A DNA stretch of 64,000 nt, taken from NCBI GenBank assembly GCA_963783375.1, contig CAWANH010000028.1, forward strand, positions 576,001 through 640,000. The letters run 5' to 3'. The notes beneath the pieces were generated by a model. That model saw only the letters and a program-made list of their open reading frames with translations, had not been told where the DNA came from and made no database searches. The stretch is from Candidatus Eiseniibacteriota bacterium. Lineage in GTDB: Bacteria; Eisenbacteria; RBG-16-71-46; JABDJR01. Below, piece after piece: positions 49,905-59,660 of the stretch. Within the stretch, counting starts at the first letter, position 1. The number at the start of each line of letters is the position of its first letter. The position numbers and the translations under genes are program-made.

Positions 49905-50636
49905 CTAGACGGGGTCCGCTTCGGGGGCGAGGTCCCACCGGCTTCGGAGCCACGCCTCGAAACCGTGTTCCGGGGTGAGGTCCTCGAACACCTCGCTCGC
50001 CCCCGCCTCCCTGAGGGCCGGGATCGAAACCGGGCCGGTGGCCACCCCCGCGGTGAGGTAGCCGTTGTCGCGCCCGGCGGCCACGTCGTGGATCGTGTCC
50101 CCCACCACCAGTACGTCCCCGGGGGCGAACGCCCGGCCGGTGAGTCGTTCCGCCCGCTCCCGCGCCGCCCGGGCCATGGCCGGCCGGTCGTGCCCGTCTC
50201 CCCCGAACCCCCCGACCGGGAAGTAGCGGTTGAGGTCGAAGCGGTCGAGCTTGATCCGCGCGCCGGCCTCGATGTTGCCGGTCAGAAGCCCCAGGGCGAG
50301 CGAGGGGTTCGCGTCCAGACGGGGAAGGAGTTCGGCCACCCCCGGACAGGGGGCGAGGTTCTCCGCCTGGGCCACGGTTCGGCGAAGGTGGCGGACATAG
50401 GCCTCCTCCAGCTCCCCGGTGCGGGCGTGGTAGGCGTCCGAGGCGACTTCGAGCACCCGGGCCATGTCGGCAAGGATGTAGGGATCGCTGTTTCCGGCGA
50501 AGAGCACGGTCCGGACCGCCGGGTTGTCCTCGGCGGGGACGCCGTGGACCTCGGCGAAGGCGCGCTCCAGGGCGATCCGGCCCATGCCGTGTCCCTTGAT
50601 CAGGGTGCCGTCGACGTCGAAGAGGATGAGGTGCAT
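49905..50636 (-). CDS. HAD-superfamily hydrolase
   Basis: 'LFDVDGTL', 'LLTGN', 'VVGDTIHD'. Confidence 0.9.
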   Translation of the reverse strand: MHLILFDVDGTLIKGHGMGRIALERAFAEVHGVPAEDNPAVRTVLFAGNSDPYILADMARVLEVASDAYHARTGELEEAYVRHLRRTVAQAENLAPCPGVAELLPRLDANPSLALGLLTGNIEAGARIKLDRFDLNRYFPVGGFGGDGHDRPAMARAARERAERLTGRAFAPGDVLVVGDTIHDVAAGRDNGYLTAGVATGPVSIPALREAGASEVFEDLTPEHGFEAWLRSRWDLAPEADPV

Positions 50637-50667
50637 GCGGCGAGTATAGCGTTTAAGCTCACCGGCC

Positions 50668-52770
50668 ATGAGTCGTTGGCCGGCCGCCGTCGTGGCCCTG
50701 CTCCTGGGAGCGACCCTCGGCGCCACCGCGTTGAACCTCGCCTCGCGGGGGCACCCGGTGACGCTCCCCCTCGACGACGCCTACATCTATCTCCAGTACG
50801 CGCGCACCGCGGCCGCGGGGAGCCCCGGGAGCTACTACCCCGGCGGGTCCCGCTCCTCGGGATTCACCAGCCCGCTCTGGGTGACGCTGCTGAGCGCGGA
50901 GGCGGGGTTTCTGCCCCGGGCCGGGAAAGGCGGGGCGAGCGCGCTCCCCGCCGCGGCGCTCCTCCTGGATGCTCTCGCCGCCGCGTTGACCCTCTGGCTG
51001 GCGTGGCGGCTGGCCGAGCGCCACGGCGCCGGCCCGGCGGGAGCGTGGGCCGCCCCCATGATCTGCCTCCTCACCCCCCTTTGGTTCTTCGGGGCCATGA
51101 ACGGGATGGAGACGGGGGCGGCGATGGCGGCGTTTCTGGCCGCGGCCTGGGTGCTGGCCGGCGGGGCCCCGGCGTGGCTGATCTTCACCGCGCTCGTCCG
51201 CCCCGAGGGCGCGGCGCTCGCCCTGGGGGTTCTGGCCTGGACCACGCTCCGGCGCCGCAAGGGGCGGGTCGGCCTGGGGACCGCGATCGCGGTGGCCGGG
51301 GCGGCGCTCTTGACCCTGGGGCTTCCCTGGCTTCTCACCGGCCACCCGGCCGCGGCCTGGACGGCCAAAGCGCTTCTCACCGAGCCCAAGCCGGAGGTGC
51401 GTGGGTTCTATTTTCCGCGGTTGGGATATTTTTACGGCCGCGCCCTATGGTTCGGGCTCACCGGAGGCCGCCCGCAGCCGCCGCTCGACGTCGCCGCCGA
51501 CGTGTTCCGCACCACGGCCTGGAGTGCCTGGGTATGGGTGCTGGTCATGGGGGGCGGCGCGCTGGCCGCGCTCGGCGGCCGGCGGGGACGCGGACCGCTC
51601 CTTTTGTGGGCGCTCCTCTCGGCCGGCGCGCTCACCGCGGTGGCCTGGGACGCCCAGAACTACCGCTACCTGATCGCCGCCTATCCGCTCCTCGCGGTGG
51701 CCGCGACCGCGGGGTGGTTCGGGCGCGGCCGGGACGGAGGCTCGCCGGCGCCGCGCCGGTCGGGCGCGCTTGCGGTCCGGCGGATCGCGGGGGGCGTGGC
51801 GCTCCTGGCTCTCATCGCGGGCTCGGTGTCCGCCGGCCGAGGCCTCGCCGCCGACGTGATCTGGCTCTACCGGGGGGCGCTGGAACGGCTGGCCGCCGAC
51901 CAGGTCCGAACCGGGGAGTGGATTCGCGGGAACCTGCCGCCCGGAGCCTTCGTGGCCGCCCACGACGTGGGGGCGATCGCGTTCTACGGGGAGCGGCCGG
52001 TGGTGGACCTGGTCGGGCTCACCTCGCCGTCCCTGGCCGGGGCCTATCGCCACGGCGAGGGGGCGCTCTGGGAAGCGCTTTCCGATCTTCCCGGGGACCG
52101 GCGACCGGTCGCGGCGGCGGTGGTCCCGGCCTGGATGCCCTATCTCGCCCGGACCACCTGGTTCGGAGAGACGCTCTGGTCCGCGGAGGGTCGCCGCGGC
52201 CGGCGCGGACCGGTGAGCCGCGACATGGAGGTCCACCGGCTGGTCTGGCCGGGGCCGGACGCGGGGGACGGCTCGCCGGACGGCGGCCCGGCCGAGCGCC
52301 CGGCGGCGATGCGGACCCTGGCCGGGCTGGGGTGGCGGGAGACCGACGGGGTGGACGTGGCCGACCTGGCCTCGGAGGGCGCGCACCGATACCGCCAGGA
52401 GGGCACGGCCGAGCCCACCCTGGTCCGCGATCTCCCCTTCACCGATCCATCCATTCCCCGGACCGCCCACGCGATAGACGGCGGGCGCGACGTGGCAGGG
52501 AGCGCGCGGTTCCGGCTGACGGTGGATCCGGCCGGGGGAGCGGCGCTCCTGGTGGTGCGCACCGCGTCGGCCGGGGGGACCTTGCTGACCGTGCGGGTGG
52601 GAGCGTGGTCGGACACGCTCCGGGTGCCGCATGGAGAGAACGCGTTCGCCGAACCGGGGGTGGAGGTGCCGGATGCGGTCGTGGCCGCCTCGGAGGGACG
52701 GCTGGACGTCGTCGTCGCGGGCTCCGGCTATCGCGCCTTCGACTGGTGGGCGCTCCAGAAACGTCCTTGA
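50668..52770 (+). CDS. Polytopic membrane protein, GT-C-like glycosyltransferase
   Basis: 'LDDAYIYLQYAR', 'GFTSPLW', 'NGMET', 'RPEG', 'HDVGAIAFY..VVDLVGL'. Confidence 0.7.
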   Translation: MSRWPAAVVALLLGATLGATALNLASRGHPVTLPLDDAYIYLQYARTAAAGSPGSYYPGGSRSSGFTSPLWVTLLSAEAGFLPRAGKGGASALPAAALLLDALAAALTLWLAWRLAERHGAGPAGAWAAPMICLLTPLWFFGAMNGMETGAAMAAFLAAAWVLAGGAPAWLIFTALVRPEGAALALGVLAWTTLRRRKGRVGLGTAIAVAGAALLTLGLPWLLTGHPAAAWTAKALLTEPKPEVRGFYFPRLGYFYGRALWFGLTGGRPQPPLDVAADVFRTTAWSAWVWVLVMGGGALAALGGRRGRGPLLLWALLSAGALTAVAWDAQNYRYLIAAYPLLAVAATAGWFGRGRDGGSPAPRRSGALAVRRIAGGVALLALIAGSVSAGRGLAADVIWLYRGALERLAADQVRTGEWIRGNLPPGAFVAAHDVGAIAFYGERPVVDLVGLTSPSLAGAYRHGEGALWEALSDLPGDRRPVAAAVVPAWMPYLARTTWFGETLWSAEGRRGRRGPVSRDMEVHRLVWPGPDAGDGSPDGGPAERPAAMRTLAGLGWRETDGVDVADLASEGAHRYRQEGTAEPTLVRDLPFTDPSIPRTAHAIDGGRDVAGSARFRLTVDPAGGAALLVVRTASAGGTLLTVRVGAWSDTLRVPHGENAFAEPGVEVPDAVVAASEGRLDVVVAGSGYRAFDWWALQKRP

Positions 52771-52811
52771 CGGCGGTCCATGGGTTATTTTACGTTTTGC
52801 CAATTGGCGAA
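52767..52811 (+). promoter_or_regulatory. ars operon promoter with ArsR-type inverted repeat
   Basis: TTGACG (52767-52772), -10-like TACGTT, and palindrome TTTGCCAATTGGCGAA (52796-52811) before arsR. Confidence 0.55.
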
Positions 52812-52838
52812 TTGACGACGTAACCAACGGGAGGCAAG

Positions 52839-53204
52839 GTGCGCACGTTTCTCCATGCCGCCAAGGCCCTGGGCGACGCGAGCCGGGTCCGGATCCTCCT
52901 GGCCCTCCGCGAGCGCGAACTCTGCGTCTGCCAGATCACCGAGCTCCTGGGCCATGCCCCATCCACCGTGTCCCGCCACATGGCGGTGCTCAAGCACGCC
53001 CGCTTCGTGGAGAGCCGGAAGGACGGCCGCTGGATCTACTACCGCCGGACCGGCGGCGACGCGCCGGAGACGGTGCGCGACGCCCTGGCCTGGCTCGACG
53101 CGTCCTTCGACGCCGACCCGAGTCGAAGCGAGGACGAAACGCACCTGGAACGCATCCTGAGCGTCACCCCGGAGGAACTGTGTCGGACCAACGCGGCCGG
53201 TTGA
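52839..53204 (+). CDS. arsR: ArsR-family metalloregulator
   Basis: 'ALGDASRVRIL...ELCVCQI...STVSRHM...GRWIYY'. Confidence 0.9.
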   Translation: MRTFLHAAKALGDASRVRILLALRERELCVCQITELLGHAPSTVSRHMAVLKHARFVESRKDGRWIYYRRTGGDAPETVRDALAWLDASFDADPSRSEDETHLERILSVTPEELCRTNAAG

Positions 53205-53740
53205 ACGACGACCGCCCCGCCGGGGACGCGCGACCCGGCCGGCGGGACACACCGGGCGACGACCGCCCGTCCGGGGATAGGCGGCCGGACCCGGCCGGGA
53301 AGCTCCGCATCCTGTTCCTCTGCACGGGAAATTCCTGCCGGAGCCAGATGGCCGAGGGATTCGCCCGCGCCTTGAAGGGGGATCGGGTGGAGGCGCACTC
53401 CGCCGGAGTGGAGGTCCACGGCTTGAACCCGCTCGCGGTGCGGGCCATGGCCGAGGCCGGGGTGGACATCTCCGCCCAGCGCTCCAAGAACGTCTTCGAG
53501 GTGCTGGAGATCCCGTTCGCGCTGGTGGTCACGGTCTGCGACAGCGCCCGGGAACGCTGTCCGATCTTCCCGCGATGGACCCGCGCCCTCCACGTGAGCT
53601 TCGACGATCCTCCGTTCCTGGCCCGTGGGGCCGCGAGCGAGGAGGAAGCCATGGAGCACTATCGCCGGGTGCGGGACGAGATACGCGCCTTCGTCGAGGG
53701 CATGGACGCCGAGCTGGACGCCCTGGAGACGCGCCCGTGA
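53201..53740 (+). CDS. arsC: Arsenate reductase (LMW-PTP/thioredoxin type)
   Basis: '[16 protein letters not shown]', 'VTVCD..RERCP', 'FDDP'; probable TTG start overlapping the arsR stop. Confidence 0.88.
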   Translation: MNDDRPAGDARPGRRDTPGDDRPSGDRRPDPAGKLRILFLCTGNSCRSQMAEGFARALKGDRVEAHSAGVEVHGLNPLAVRAMAEAGVDISAQRSKNVFEVLEIPFALVVTVCDSARERCPIFPRWTRALHVSFDDPPFLARGAASEEEAMEHYRRVRDEIRAFVEGMDAELDALETRP

Positions 53741-54825
53741 CCCCCGGAGTGACCCGCCGCCTGAAGGTCCTGGACCGGTACCTCACCCTCTGGATCTTCC
53801 TGGCCATGGCCGTTGGGGTGGCCCTGGGGCGGCTGGTCCCGGGGACCGCGGCCTTCATCCAGCGATTCCAAACCGGAACCACCAACCTCCCGATCGCGGT
53901 CGGGCTCATTCTCATGATGTACCCGCCCCTGGCCAAGGTCCGCTACGAGGAGCTGGGTGAGGTGTTCCGGAACCGCCGGATCCTCGGGCTCTCGCTCTTC
54001 GAGAACTGGGTGATCGGCCCGGCGCTCATGTTCGCCCTGGCGGTGACGTTCCTTCGCGGCTACCCCGAGTACATGACCGGCCTGATCCTGATCGGCCTCG
54101 CCCGTTGCATCGCCATGGTGATCGTCTGGAACGAGCTGGCGCGGGGGGACACCGAATACGCGGCGGGCCTGGTGGCTCTGAACAGCGTGTTCCAGGTGCT
54201 CTTCTACAGCGTCTACGCCTGGGTGTTCATCACCTGGCTGCCTCCGCTCTTCGGACTTCGGGGAAGCGTGGTGCCGGTGTCCATGGGCCAGATCGCCGAG
54301 AGCGTGTTCATCTACCTGGGGATCCCGTTCCTGGCCGGTCTCCTGACCCGGCTCACCCTGGTGCGCCTTCGCGGGAAGGTCTGGTACCACGAGCGGTTCA
54401 TCCCGCGCCTGAGCCCGGTGACCCTGATCGCGCTCCTGTTCACGATCCTGGTGATGTTCGGGCTCAAGGGGGACCGCATCCTGAGCATCCCCCTCGACGC
54501 GGCGCGGATCGCCCTGCCGCTCCTGATCTACTTCGTGGTCATGTTCCTGGTGAGCTTCTGGCTCGGCCGGGAGGCGGGGGCGGACTACCCCAAGACCGCC
54601 GCGTTGTCGTTCACCGCGGCCAGCAACAACTTCGAGCTGGCCATCGCGGTGGCGGTGGCGGTGTTCGGGATCGACTCCGGCGTGGCCTTCGCCGCGGTCA
54701 TCGGGCCCCTGGTCGAGGTGCCGGTCCTGATCGGGCTGGTCAACGTGGCGCTCTGGTTCCGGCGACGCTACTTCGAGGCGCGGGGGGAGTCGGTGATCGG
54801 CGCCGCCTCGCCCCAGAGAAAGTAG
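53737..54825 (+). CDS. acr3: Acr3-family arsenite efflux transporter
   Basis: '[13 protein letters not shown]', 'MMYPPLAKV', 'ARCIAMV', '[11 protein letters not shown]', 'GPLVEVP'. Confidence 0.95.
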   Translation: MTPGVTRRLKVLDRYLTLWIFLAMAVGVALGRLVPGTAAFIQRFQTGTTNLPIAVGLILMMYPPLAKVRYEELGEVFRNRRILGLSLFENWVIGPALMFALAVTFLRGYPEYMTGLILIGLARCIAMVIVWNELARGDTEYAAGLVALNSVFQVLFYSVYAWVFITWLPPLFGLRGSVVPVSMGQIAESVFIYLGIPFLAGLLTRLTLVRLRGKVWYHERFIPRLSPVTLIALLFTILVMFGLKGDRILSIPLDAARIALPLLIYFVVMFLVSFWLGREAGADYPKTAALSFTAASNNFELAIAVAVAVFGIDSGVAFAAVIGPLVEVPVLIGLVNVALWFRRRYFEARGESVIGAASPQRK

Positions 54826-55493
54826 CGCCCGGTCACGCGCGCCCGCGCCCGCCACCCGAGACTTTCGAGCCGCCGCTCGAGGTCCTCCGGCTCGTAGAAG
54901 ATCTTCACGATCCGGTACTCGCGGCCGTCGTTCAGGCGCCGGGTGACGGTGTCCGCTTCCGGCCCCTTCAGGCGGTGGTCCCGCGCGGTGGAGGTCGGGT
55001 CGTAGCGCGAATCCACGAAGAACACCCGGCCCCCGGGAGCGAGGACGCGCTTCACCATGGCCCAGAACCCGGCGAACCGCTCGGCGGAGACGTGGGAGAG
55101 CCAGAAGGCGAAGAAGATCGCGTCGTATCGCCTGCCGGACCGCCAGGAGAATATGTCGGCCTGGACGTGGGCGGCGCGTTCGGTCCCCACCCGGGCGCGG
55201 TTGAGCTTCAAGACCTCGGCGGCGGCGTCCACCACCGTCACGTGATCGGCGTGGCGGACCAGGTATCGCGTCCAGAGCCCCGTCCCCCCGGCCAGTTCCA
55301 GCACCCGGCCGCGGGGAGCGAACCGTTCGAGGGCTTCCCGCGTTTCCTCGGCCTCGGCAAACCACCGGGCGTTGAGCTCCGGGCCCCGGTCGTAGCGCCC
55401 CTGGCGGAAGTACCACTGGTCGTACTCGCCGGCGCGGGCCCGGTAATAGTCGATCTGATCCCGCACGCGCGGGTCGGGGTGCCCGGTCTTCAT
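54768..55493 (-). CDS. Class I SAM-dependent methyltransferase
   Basis: '[10 protein letters not shown]', '[12 protein letters not shown]', 'FWLSHV', 'LAPGGRV'; 3' end overlaps acr3 by 58 bp. Confidence 0.85.
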   Translation of the reverse strand: MKTGHPDPRVRDQIDYYRARAGEYDQWYFRQGRYDRGPELNARWFAEAEETREALERFAPRGRVLELAGGTGLWTRYLVRHADHVTVVDAAAEVLKLNRARVGTERAAHVQADIFSWRSGRRYDAIFFAFWLSHVSAERFAGFWAMVKRVLAPGGRVFFVDSRYDPTSTARDHRLKGPEADTVTRRLNDGREYRIVKIFYEPEDLERRLESLGWRARARVTGRYFLWGEAAPITDSPRASK

Positions 55494-55551
55494 GGTTCTG
55501 TCTCCCGTCTCGGGCGGATCCTCACCGGCGCGTTCCGTCGGCGCAAACCCC

Positions 55552-56463
55552 CTACCAGAAGGCCACCGTGACCCCCACCGCCACCACCACGGCGGCGGCG
55601 AAGATCAGGAGATAGCCCAGCCACAGGCCCACCAGCTTTCCCAGGGTCTTGAGAACGGATTGAGCGTAGACCCGGCGCATGGCTCTGAACAGATAGGCAA
55701 CCACCATCAGGAAGGCCAGGCCCTGGAGAGCACCGCCGACGCGTGGCCCGATCATCCTCCCGGCCAACAGGGCCACGGCCAGAAGGAGGAACGCGAAGGT
55801 GTGAAGGTGGAGGGCGAAGACGAGGTGCTCGATGTAGAGGCGTCGCGTTCGGATGTGGAGCAGCCAGAGCATCAGCGCGAAGAGAGGCATGAGCAGGAAC
55901 ATGAGCCGCGGGAGGGCGCTTCGGATCTCCCGGTTCAGCCGATCCTCGTCGGCGGAGGCCTTGGCGAGGGTCCTGGCCAGGAATCCGGGCAGTCCGGCCA
56001 GAGTGTCCGGAGCGGCTCCGGTCGTCGACTCCGAGCCGGCGGTGAGGGTGTCCAGGGCTGCGGTCGTCGTCGAATCCGGGCGGATGCCGATGATGACCGG
56101 CGCCGAAAGGTCGCTCGCTCCGACCTGAATGAGGCGGCTCTGGTTGAGGGCCAGGGCGGCGAAGAACACCACGCTCACGATCAGGTAGAACCGGAAGGGC
56201 GGGAGGTAGCGGACCCGGCGGCCGGCCATGTATTCCTGAGTCAGAAAGCCCGGCCGGAGGAGCAGCGGCCGGATGCTCCGGAAGAACCTGGAGTCGAAGG
56301 AGAGGACCTCGCCGAACGCTTCCGAGACCAGCTTTCGGAAGGGGATGCGTCGATCCTCGTCCTCCTGGCCGCACTCGTGGCAGAAACGGCCGGCCAGGGC
56401 CGCGCAGCAGTTCAGGCAGTTGCGGCCACCGGCGTCCTTCCTGGATTCTGGGCTGTCGCTCAT
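55552..56463 (-). CDS. DUF3667-like membrane protein with N-terminal zinc ribbon
   Basis: 'CLNC...FCHECGQ', 'LLLRPGFLT.EY..GRRVRYLPPFRFY', 'EHLVFALH'. Confidence 0.8.
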   Translation of the reverse strand: MSDSPESRKDAGGRNCLNCCAALAGRFCHECGQEDEDRRIPFRKLVSEAFGEVLSFDSRFFRSIRPLLLRPGFLTQEYMAGRRVRYLPPFRFYLIVSVVFFAALALNQSRLIQVGASDLSAPVIIGIRPDSTTTAALDTLTAGSESTTGAAPDTLAGLPGFLARTLAKASADEDRLNREIRSALPRLMFLLMPLFALMLWLLHIRTRRLYIEHLVFALHLHTFAFLLLAVALLAGRMIGPRVGGALQGLAFLMVVAYLFRAMRRVYAQSVLKTLGKLVGLWLGYLLIFAAAVVVAVGVTVAFW

Positions 56464-56801
56464 CGAGTCCCGCTCCGGTTCGCGCCGCGCCTCCGGCGCG
56501 GGGATCGAGGCGCCGCCGGCCGCCTCGGTGTGGTGGCGGGCCCGGCCGGGCCGGGGCCCCTCCTCCACGATGGATCGGCGTGCGCCGGCTCTCCTCCGGT
56601 CGCGGGGCGGAGTGTACCCGGGTACGTGGCGGTTCCGGAAGCCCGGGGGCTCTTCGCTTGTTCCAAGGGATTGCGTCTGATAATCTGACTATTGGTAGGA
56701 TTTGTGTCACGGATGCTCCGCTGTATCCGCACAAAGTCCGTTCCCCTACCGACAGACTTTTCCGGTATCAATGGCCGACCCCGGAAGTGCAGGGTGCGTG
56801 C

Positions 56802-57527
56802 ATGGCAGCCAGGCGCGAACATGTGGAGCCGCCAACCCCGATCCCCGGGACCGCGTCGGTCAGGTGGACGGATGCATTGGACGGCGTCGCTCCGGATCCC
56901 GTCGGCGCTCTCGCCGAATCGATCGGTTCGGGCCCCACGGTCTCGGTCATCTTCACCCCCTCACGATGCGAGAAGCGGGTCGCCCGTGCCTGCGCGCGCC
57001 TCGAGATTCCGGTTTATCTTCCCCTTCGCGAAGGCCGCCGGGCGAAGTCGGGGGACCGCTTCAAGGTGCCGCTCTTTCCCGGCTACGTGTTCGCGTCGTT
57101 GAGCGCGGAGAGCCGACGAGCGCTGGTCGGCCACACGAGGATCGCCCGGGTCATTCCGGTAGCCCGGCCGGATGGACTTCTGGAGGAGCTTCGCCAGATC
57201 CACCGGGCGCTTGCGGCGCGGCCAGATCTCGAGTCCGCCCCGGCCCTGTCCCGGGGGCGACGAGTCCGGGTGATGGCGGGTCCGATGACCGGGGTGGTGG
57301 GCCTGATCGCCGACCGGCGAATCCGCCGAAGCCGACTTCGCCTGGTTTTGAACGTCACCATGCTCGGTCGCGGCGCCGAGGTGAACATCGACGCCGCCGA
57401 CGTCGAACTGGTTTCCGCGCCCACGAACTCTCCGGTGGCCGGTCCCGGCCGGCGGTGCCGGGGTGGGTTTCGCGGTGGACCGTGGCTCGACGATGATGGA
57501 GGAAAGCGCCCGACAGAACCGATCTGA
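56802..57527 (+). CDS. Specialised NusG paralogue (RfaH/UpxY/LoaP-like transcription antiterminator)
   Basis: NGN domain 'EKRVA...YLPL...VPLFPGYVF' and KOW 'GRRVRVMAGPMTGVVG...LVLNVTMLGR'; not in a secE-rplK context; start uncertain. Confidence 0.82.
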   Translation: MAARREHVEPPTPIPGTASVRWTDALDGVAPDPVGALAESIGSGPTVSVIFTPSRCEKRVARACARLEIPVYLPLREGRRAKSGDRFKVPLFPGYVFASLSAESRRALVGHTRIARVIPVARPDGLLEELRQIHRALAARPDLESAPALSRGRRVRVMAGPMTGVVGLIADRRIRRSRLRLVLNVTMLGRGAEVNIDAADVELVSAPTNSPVAGPGRRCRGGFRGGPWLDDDGGKRPTEPI

Positions 57528-57685
57528 GAGGGACCGCGGGGATTCGGAGTCGAACCCGCGACGGCTCAGGCGTCTGTCGTGGCCTTCAGGGCTTCCGGTA
57601 GCCTGCCATTCGGCCGGTGAAGAGGACGAAGTCCGCCCTTCTCCCGGAGTGCGATAGGACATTCCCCGTCCGTGAGTGGGATGTC

Positions 57686-58765
57686 ATGCGGGTGGAATCG
57701 ATCGGATTTCATGCGGGGCCGGCCGACGCGGGGTCGGTCGGTGCGCGCTCGCCCGAGGCCGGGGCGGTTCGGGACGGCGACGGCGCGCTCGGACCCTCCC
57801 GTCCCCCCAAGCTGTTGGACCGGGTCCGCACGGTTATCCGAGCCCGGCACTACAGCGCCAGCACCGAGAAGGCCTATGTGGGGTGGGTGCGGCGGTATGT
57901 GCTGTTCCACGGCAAGCGACATCCGGAGACGCTCGGCGAGGCGGAGATCACCGAGTTCCTGTCGGCGCTCGCGACCCGGCGGCGGGTCAGCGCTTCAACT
58001 CAGAACCAGGCCCTGAGCGCGCTGCTCTTTCTCTACCGGGACGTTCTCGGGCGTGAGATGACGTGGATGGACGGCATCGTCCGCGCCAAGCGCCCGATCC
58101 GGCTCCCGGTGGTGCTGAGCCGGGACGAGGTTCGGGCGATCCTGGGGCAGATGAACGGAACGCCGTGGCTGATGGCGTCCCTCTTGTATGGAGCGGGCCT
58201 GAGGCTCATGGAGTGCTGCCGTCTCCGGGTGAAGGACGTGGACTTCGGGAGGGGGGAACTCCTCGTCCGCGACGGGAAGGGGCGAAAGGATCGGGTGACG
58301 TTGCTCCCGAGGCGGCCGCGCGAGCCGTTGTCGACCCACCTCGACCGGGTCCGGTCGTTGCATCGGAGGGATTTGAAGGAGGGAGCGGGGAGCGTCGCGC
58401 TTCCCGACGCCCTGGCGGTCAAGTACCCCCGGGCGGCCTGGGAATGGGCCTGGCAGTGGGCCTGGCAGTGGGTCTTCCCGGCCACCCGGTCCTACGTGGA
58501 GCGGGGGACCGGCGAGCGACGCCGGCACCACCTGCACGAGTCGGTTCTCCAGCGGGCGATCAAGGAGGCTGTCCGCCGGGCGGGGGTCCCGAAACCGGCA
58601 ACCTCGCACACGCTCCGTCACTCGTTCGCCACCCACTTGCTGGAGGCGGGCTACGATATCCGGACCATCCAGGAACTCCTGGGCCACAGCGACGTCAGCA
58701 CGACCATGATCTACACCCACGTCCTGAATCGCGGCGGGCGGGGCGTGCGGAGCCCGCTGGATTGA
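57686..58765 (+). CDS. intI: Integron integrase (tyrosine recombinase)
   Basis: 'RHYS..TEKAY..W', '[14 protein letters not shown]', '[11 protein letters not shown]', 'DGKGRKDR', integron-specific insertion 'LPDAL..KYP..WQWVFP...RRHH', '[12 protein letters not shown]', 'LLGH', 'TTMIYTHV'; start uncertain. Confidence 0.95.
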   Translation: MRVESIGFHAGPADAGSVGARSPEAGAVRDGDGALGPSRPPKLLDRVRTVIRARHYSASTEKAYVGWVRRYVLFHGKRHPETLGEAEITEFLSALATRRRVSASTQNQALSALLFLYRDVLGREMTWMDGIVRAKRPIRLPVVLSRDEVRAILGQMNGTPWLMASLLYGAGLRLMECCRLRVKDVDFGRGELLVRDGKGRKDRVTLLPRRPREPLSTHLDRVRSLHRRDLKEGAGSVALPDALAVKYPRAAWEWAWQWAWQWVFPATRSYVERGTGERRRHHLHESVLQRAIKEAVRRAGVPKPATSHTLRHSFATHLLEAGYDIRTIQELLGHSDVSTTMIYTHVLNRGGRGVRSPLD

Positions 58766-59000
58766 GTTCGCGTGCGGCGACGGCGGGGAAGTCTGCCGTG
58801 CAGGTGCGGTGTGCGAGGCTATTTGGGCTATCTTGCGGTCGGGTACTTTGCTATGTGTATCTGGCTATCCATCGCGCAGGCGCTGCATATCCACCGACGG
58901 CGGGGGTTTCCAGTAGAGGCACCGCCTTGATTATGGGGAGGTTCCCCCCGGCCGCATACCTGACTACTCGACCGCCCCGCGTCATGTTCCGCGGGATATC

Positions 59001-59024
59001 GAAGTCGGATACTTCACGTTAGGT
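59001..59024 (+). mobile_element. attI: attI site (core GTTAGGT at 59018-59024)
   Basis: GTTAGGTGAC is the exact complement of GTCACCTAAC at the first attC; no attC hairpin upstream; small palindrome GAAGT-CGGAT-ACTTC at 59001-59015. Confidence 0.75.
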
Positions 59025-59043
59025 GACAGAAGTGAGGCTGACG

Positions 59044-59517
59044 ATGAACGGTCTCGGTATCCACCGCCTTTTTGGGGCGCTTTTCTTGGGGATGTGCCTC
59101 CATGGCTGCGGCAATGATGCCCCGACAACTCCAGTTGCCGGCAAAGTGAGCGTCATGGTAAGTGCATCGCAGTACTCAAAGACGCATCTCGACTACGTAT
59201 CGGCGATCCTCAGCAACGCGAGCGCGGATACGGTCTACGTATTCGAATGTACCGCCGTGGCCACCCTGGAGCGGGAAGAACAGGATGGCACGTGGGTTGA
59301 CTTGGGTCCGTGGTACTTCATGTGCGACGGCCCGGCTTGGCCACTTCCAATAGAGTCGACTGGGTTCCGTCCACTGCCGACCATTCCGAGTGAACATGTG
59401 GCCGGGCTCGCGACAGGACGCTACAGGATCCGTGTTGCCGTCTACGCAGACTCCAACATGGGCACGCTTCTCCCCGAGGAACAGCGGGTCTCGCGAGCGT
59501 TCAGTGTGACTGACTGA
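59044..59517 (+). CDS. Cassette 1: hypothetical lipoprotein (Ig-like)
   Basis: Lipobox 'MCLHG-C'; sole ORF between attI and attC1. Confidence 0.7.
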   Translation: MNGLGIHRLFGALFLGMCLHGCGNDAPTTPVAGKVSVMVSASQYSKTHLDYVSAILSNASADTVYVFECTAVATLEREEQDGTWVDLGPWYFMCDGPAWPLPIESTGFRPLPTIPSEHVAGLATGRYRIRVAVYADSNMGTLLPEEQRVSRAFSVTD

Positions 59518-59534
59518 ATCGTCTGCGGCGGGTC

Positions 59535-59634
59535 ACCTAACCTCCCGCTGCAGCCGTCGCCCGCGCGGGGGGGGAGGGAGATGGCGGGAAGGGCAGGAAC
59601 CGCGCCGGCGCGGCTGAGCGGGAAGGCGTTATGC
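59535..59634 (+). mobile_element. attC: attC site 1 (100 bp)
   Basis: R'' ACCTAAC, L'' GCTGCAGC, L' GCTGAGC, R' GTTATGC. Confidence 0.88.
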
Positions 59635-59660
59635 TTATCGACTGAAGGGGTGAACCTGAG

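Noticed and set aside
54768-55493. Methyltransferase next to the ars operon as ArsM
   Set aside because: It has no cysteines (ArsM needs conserved Cys) and is convergent with, not part of, the operon.
56701-56735. Fourth ROK operator (ends in CCGCACAAA)
   Set aside because: Only the right half-site matches at 21-bp spacing; it is better explained as a 35-nt hairpin, and no sugar genes are adjacent.
57528-57685. LexA/SOS box upstream of intI
   Set aside because: No CTGT-N8-ACAG or GAAC-N4-GTTC was found by eye; a lineage-specific box cannot be excluded.
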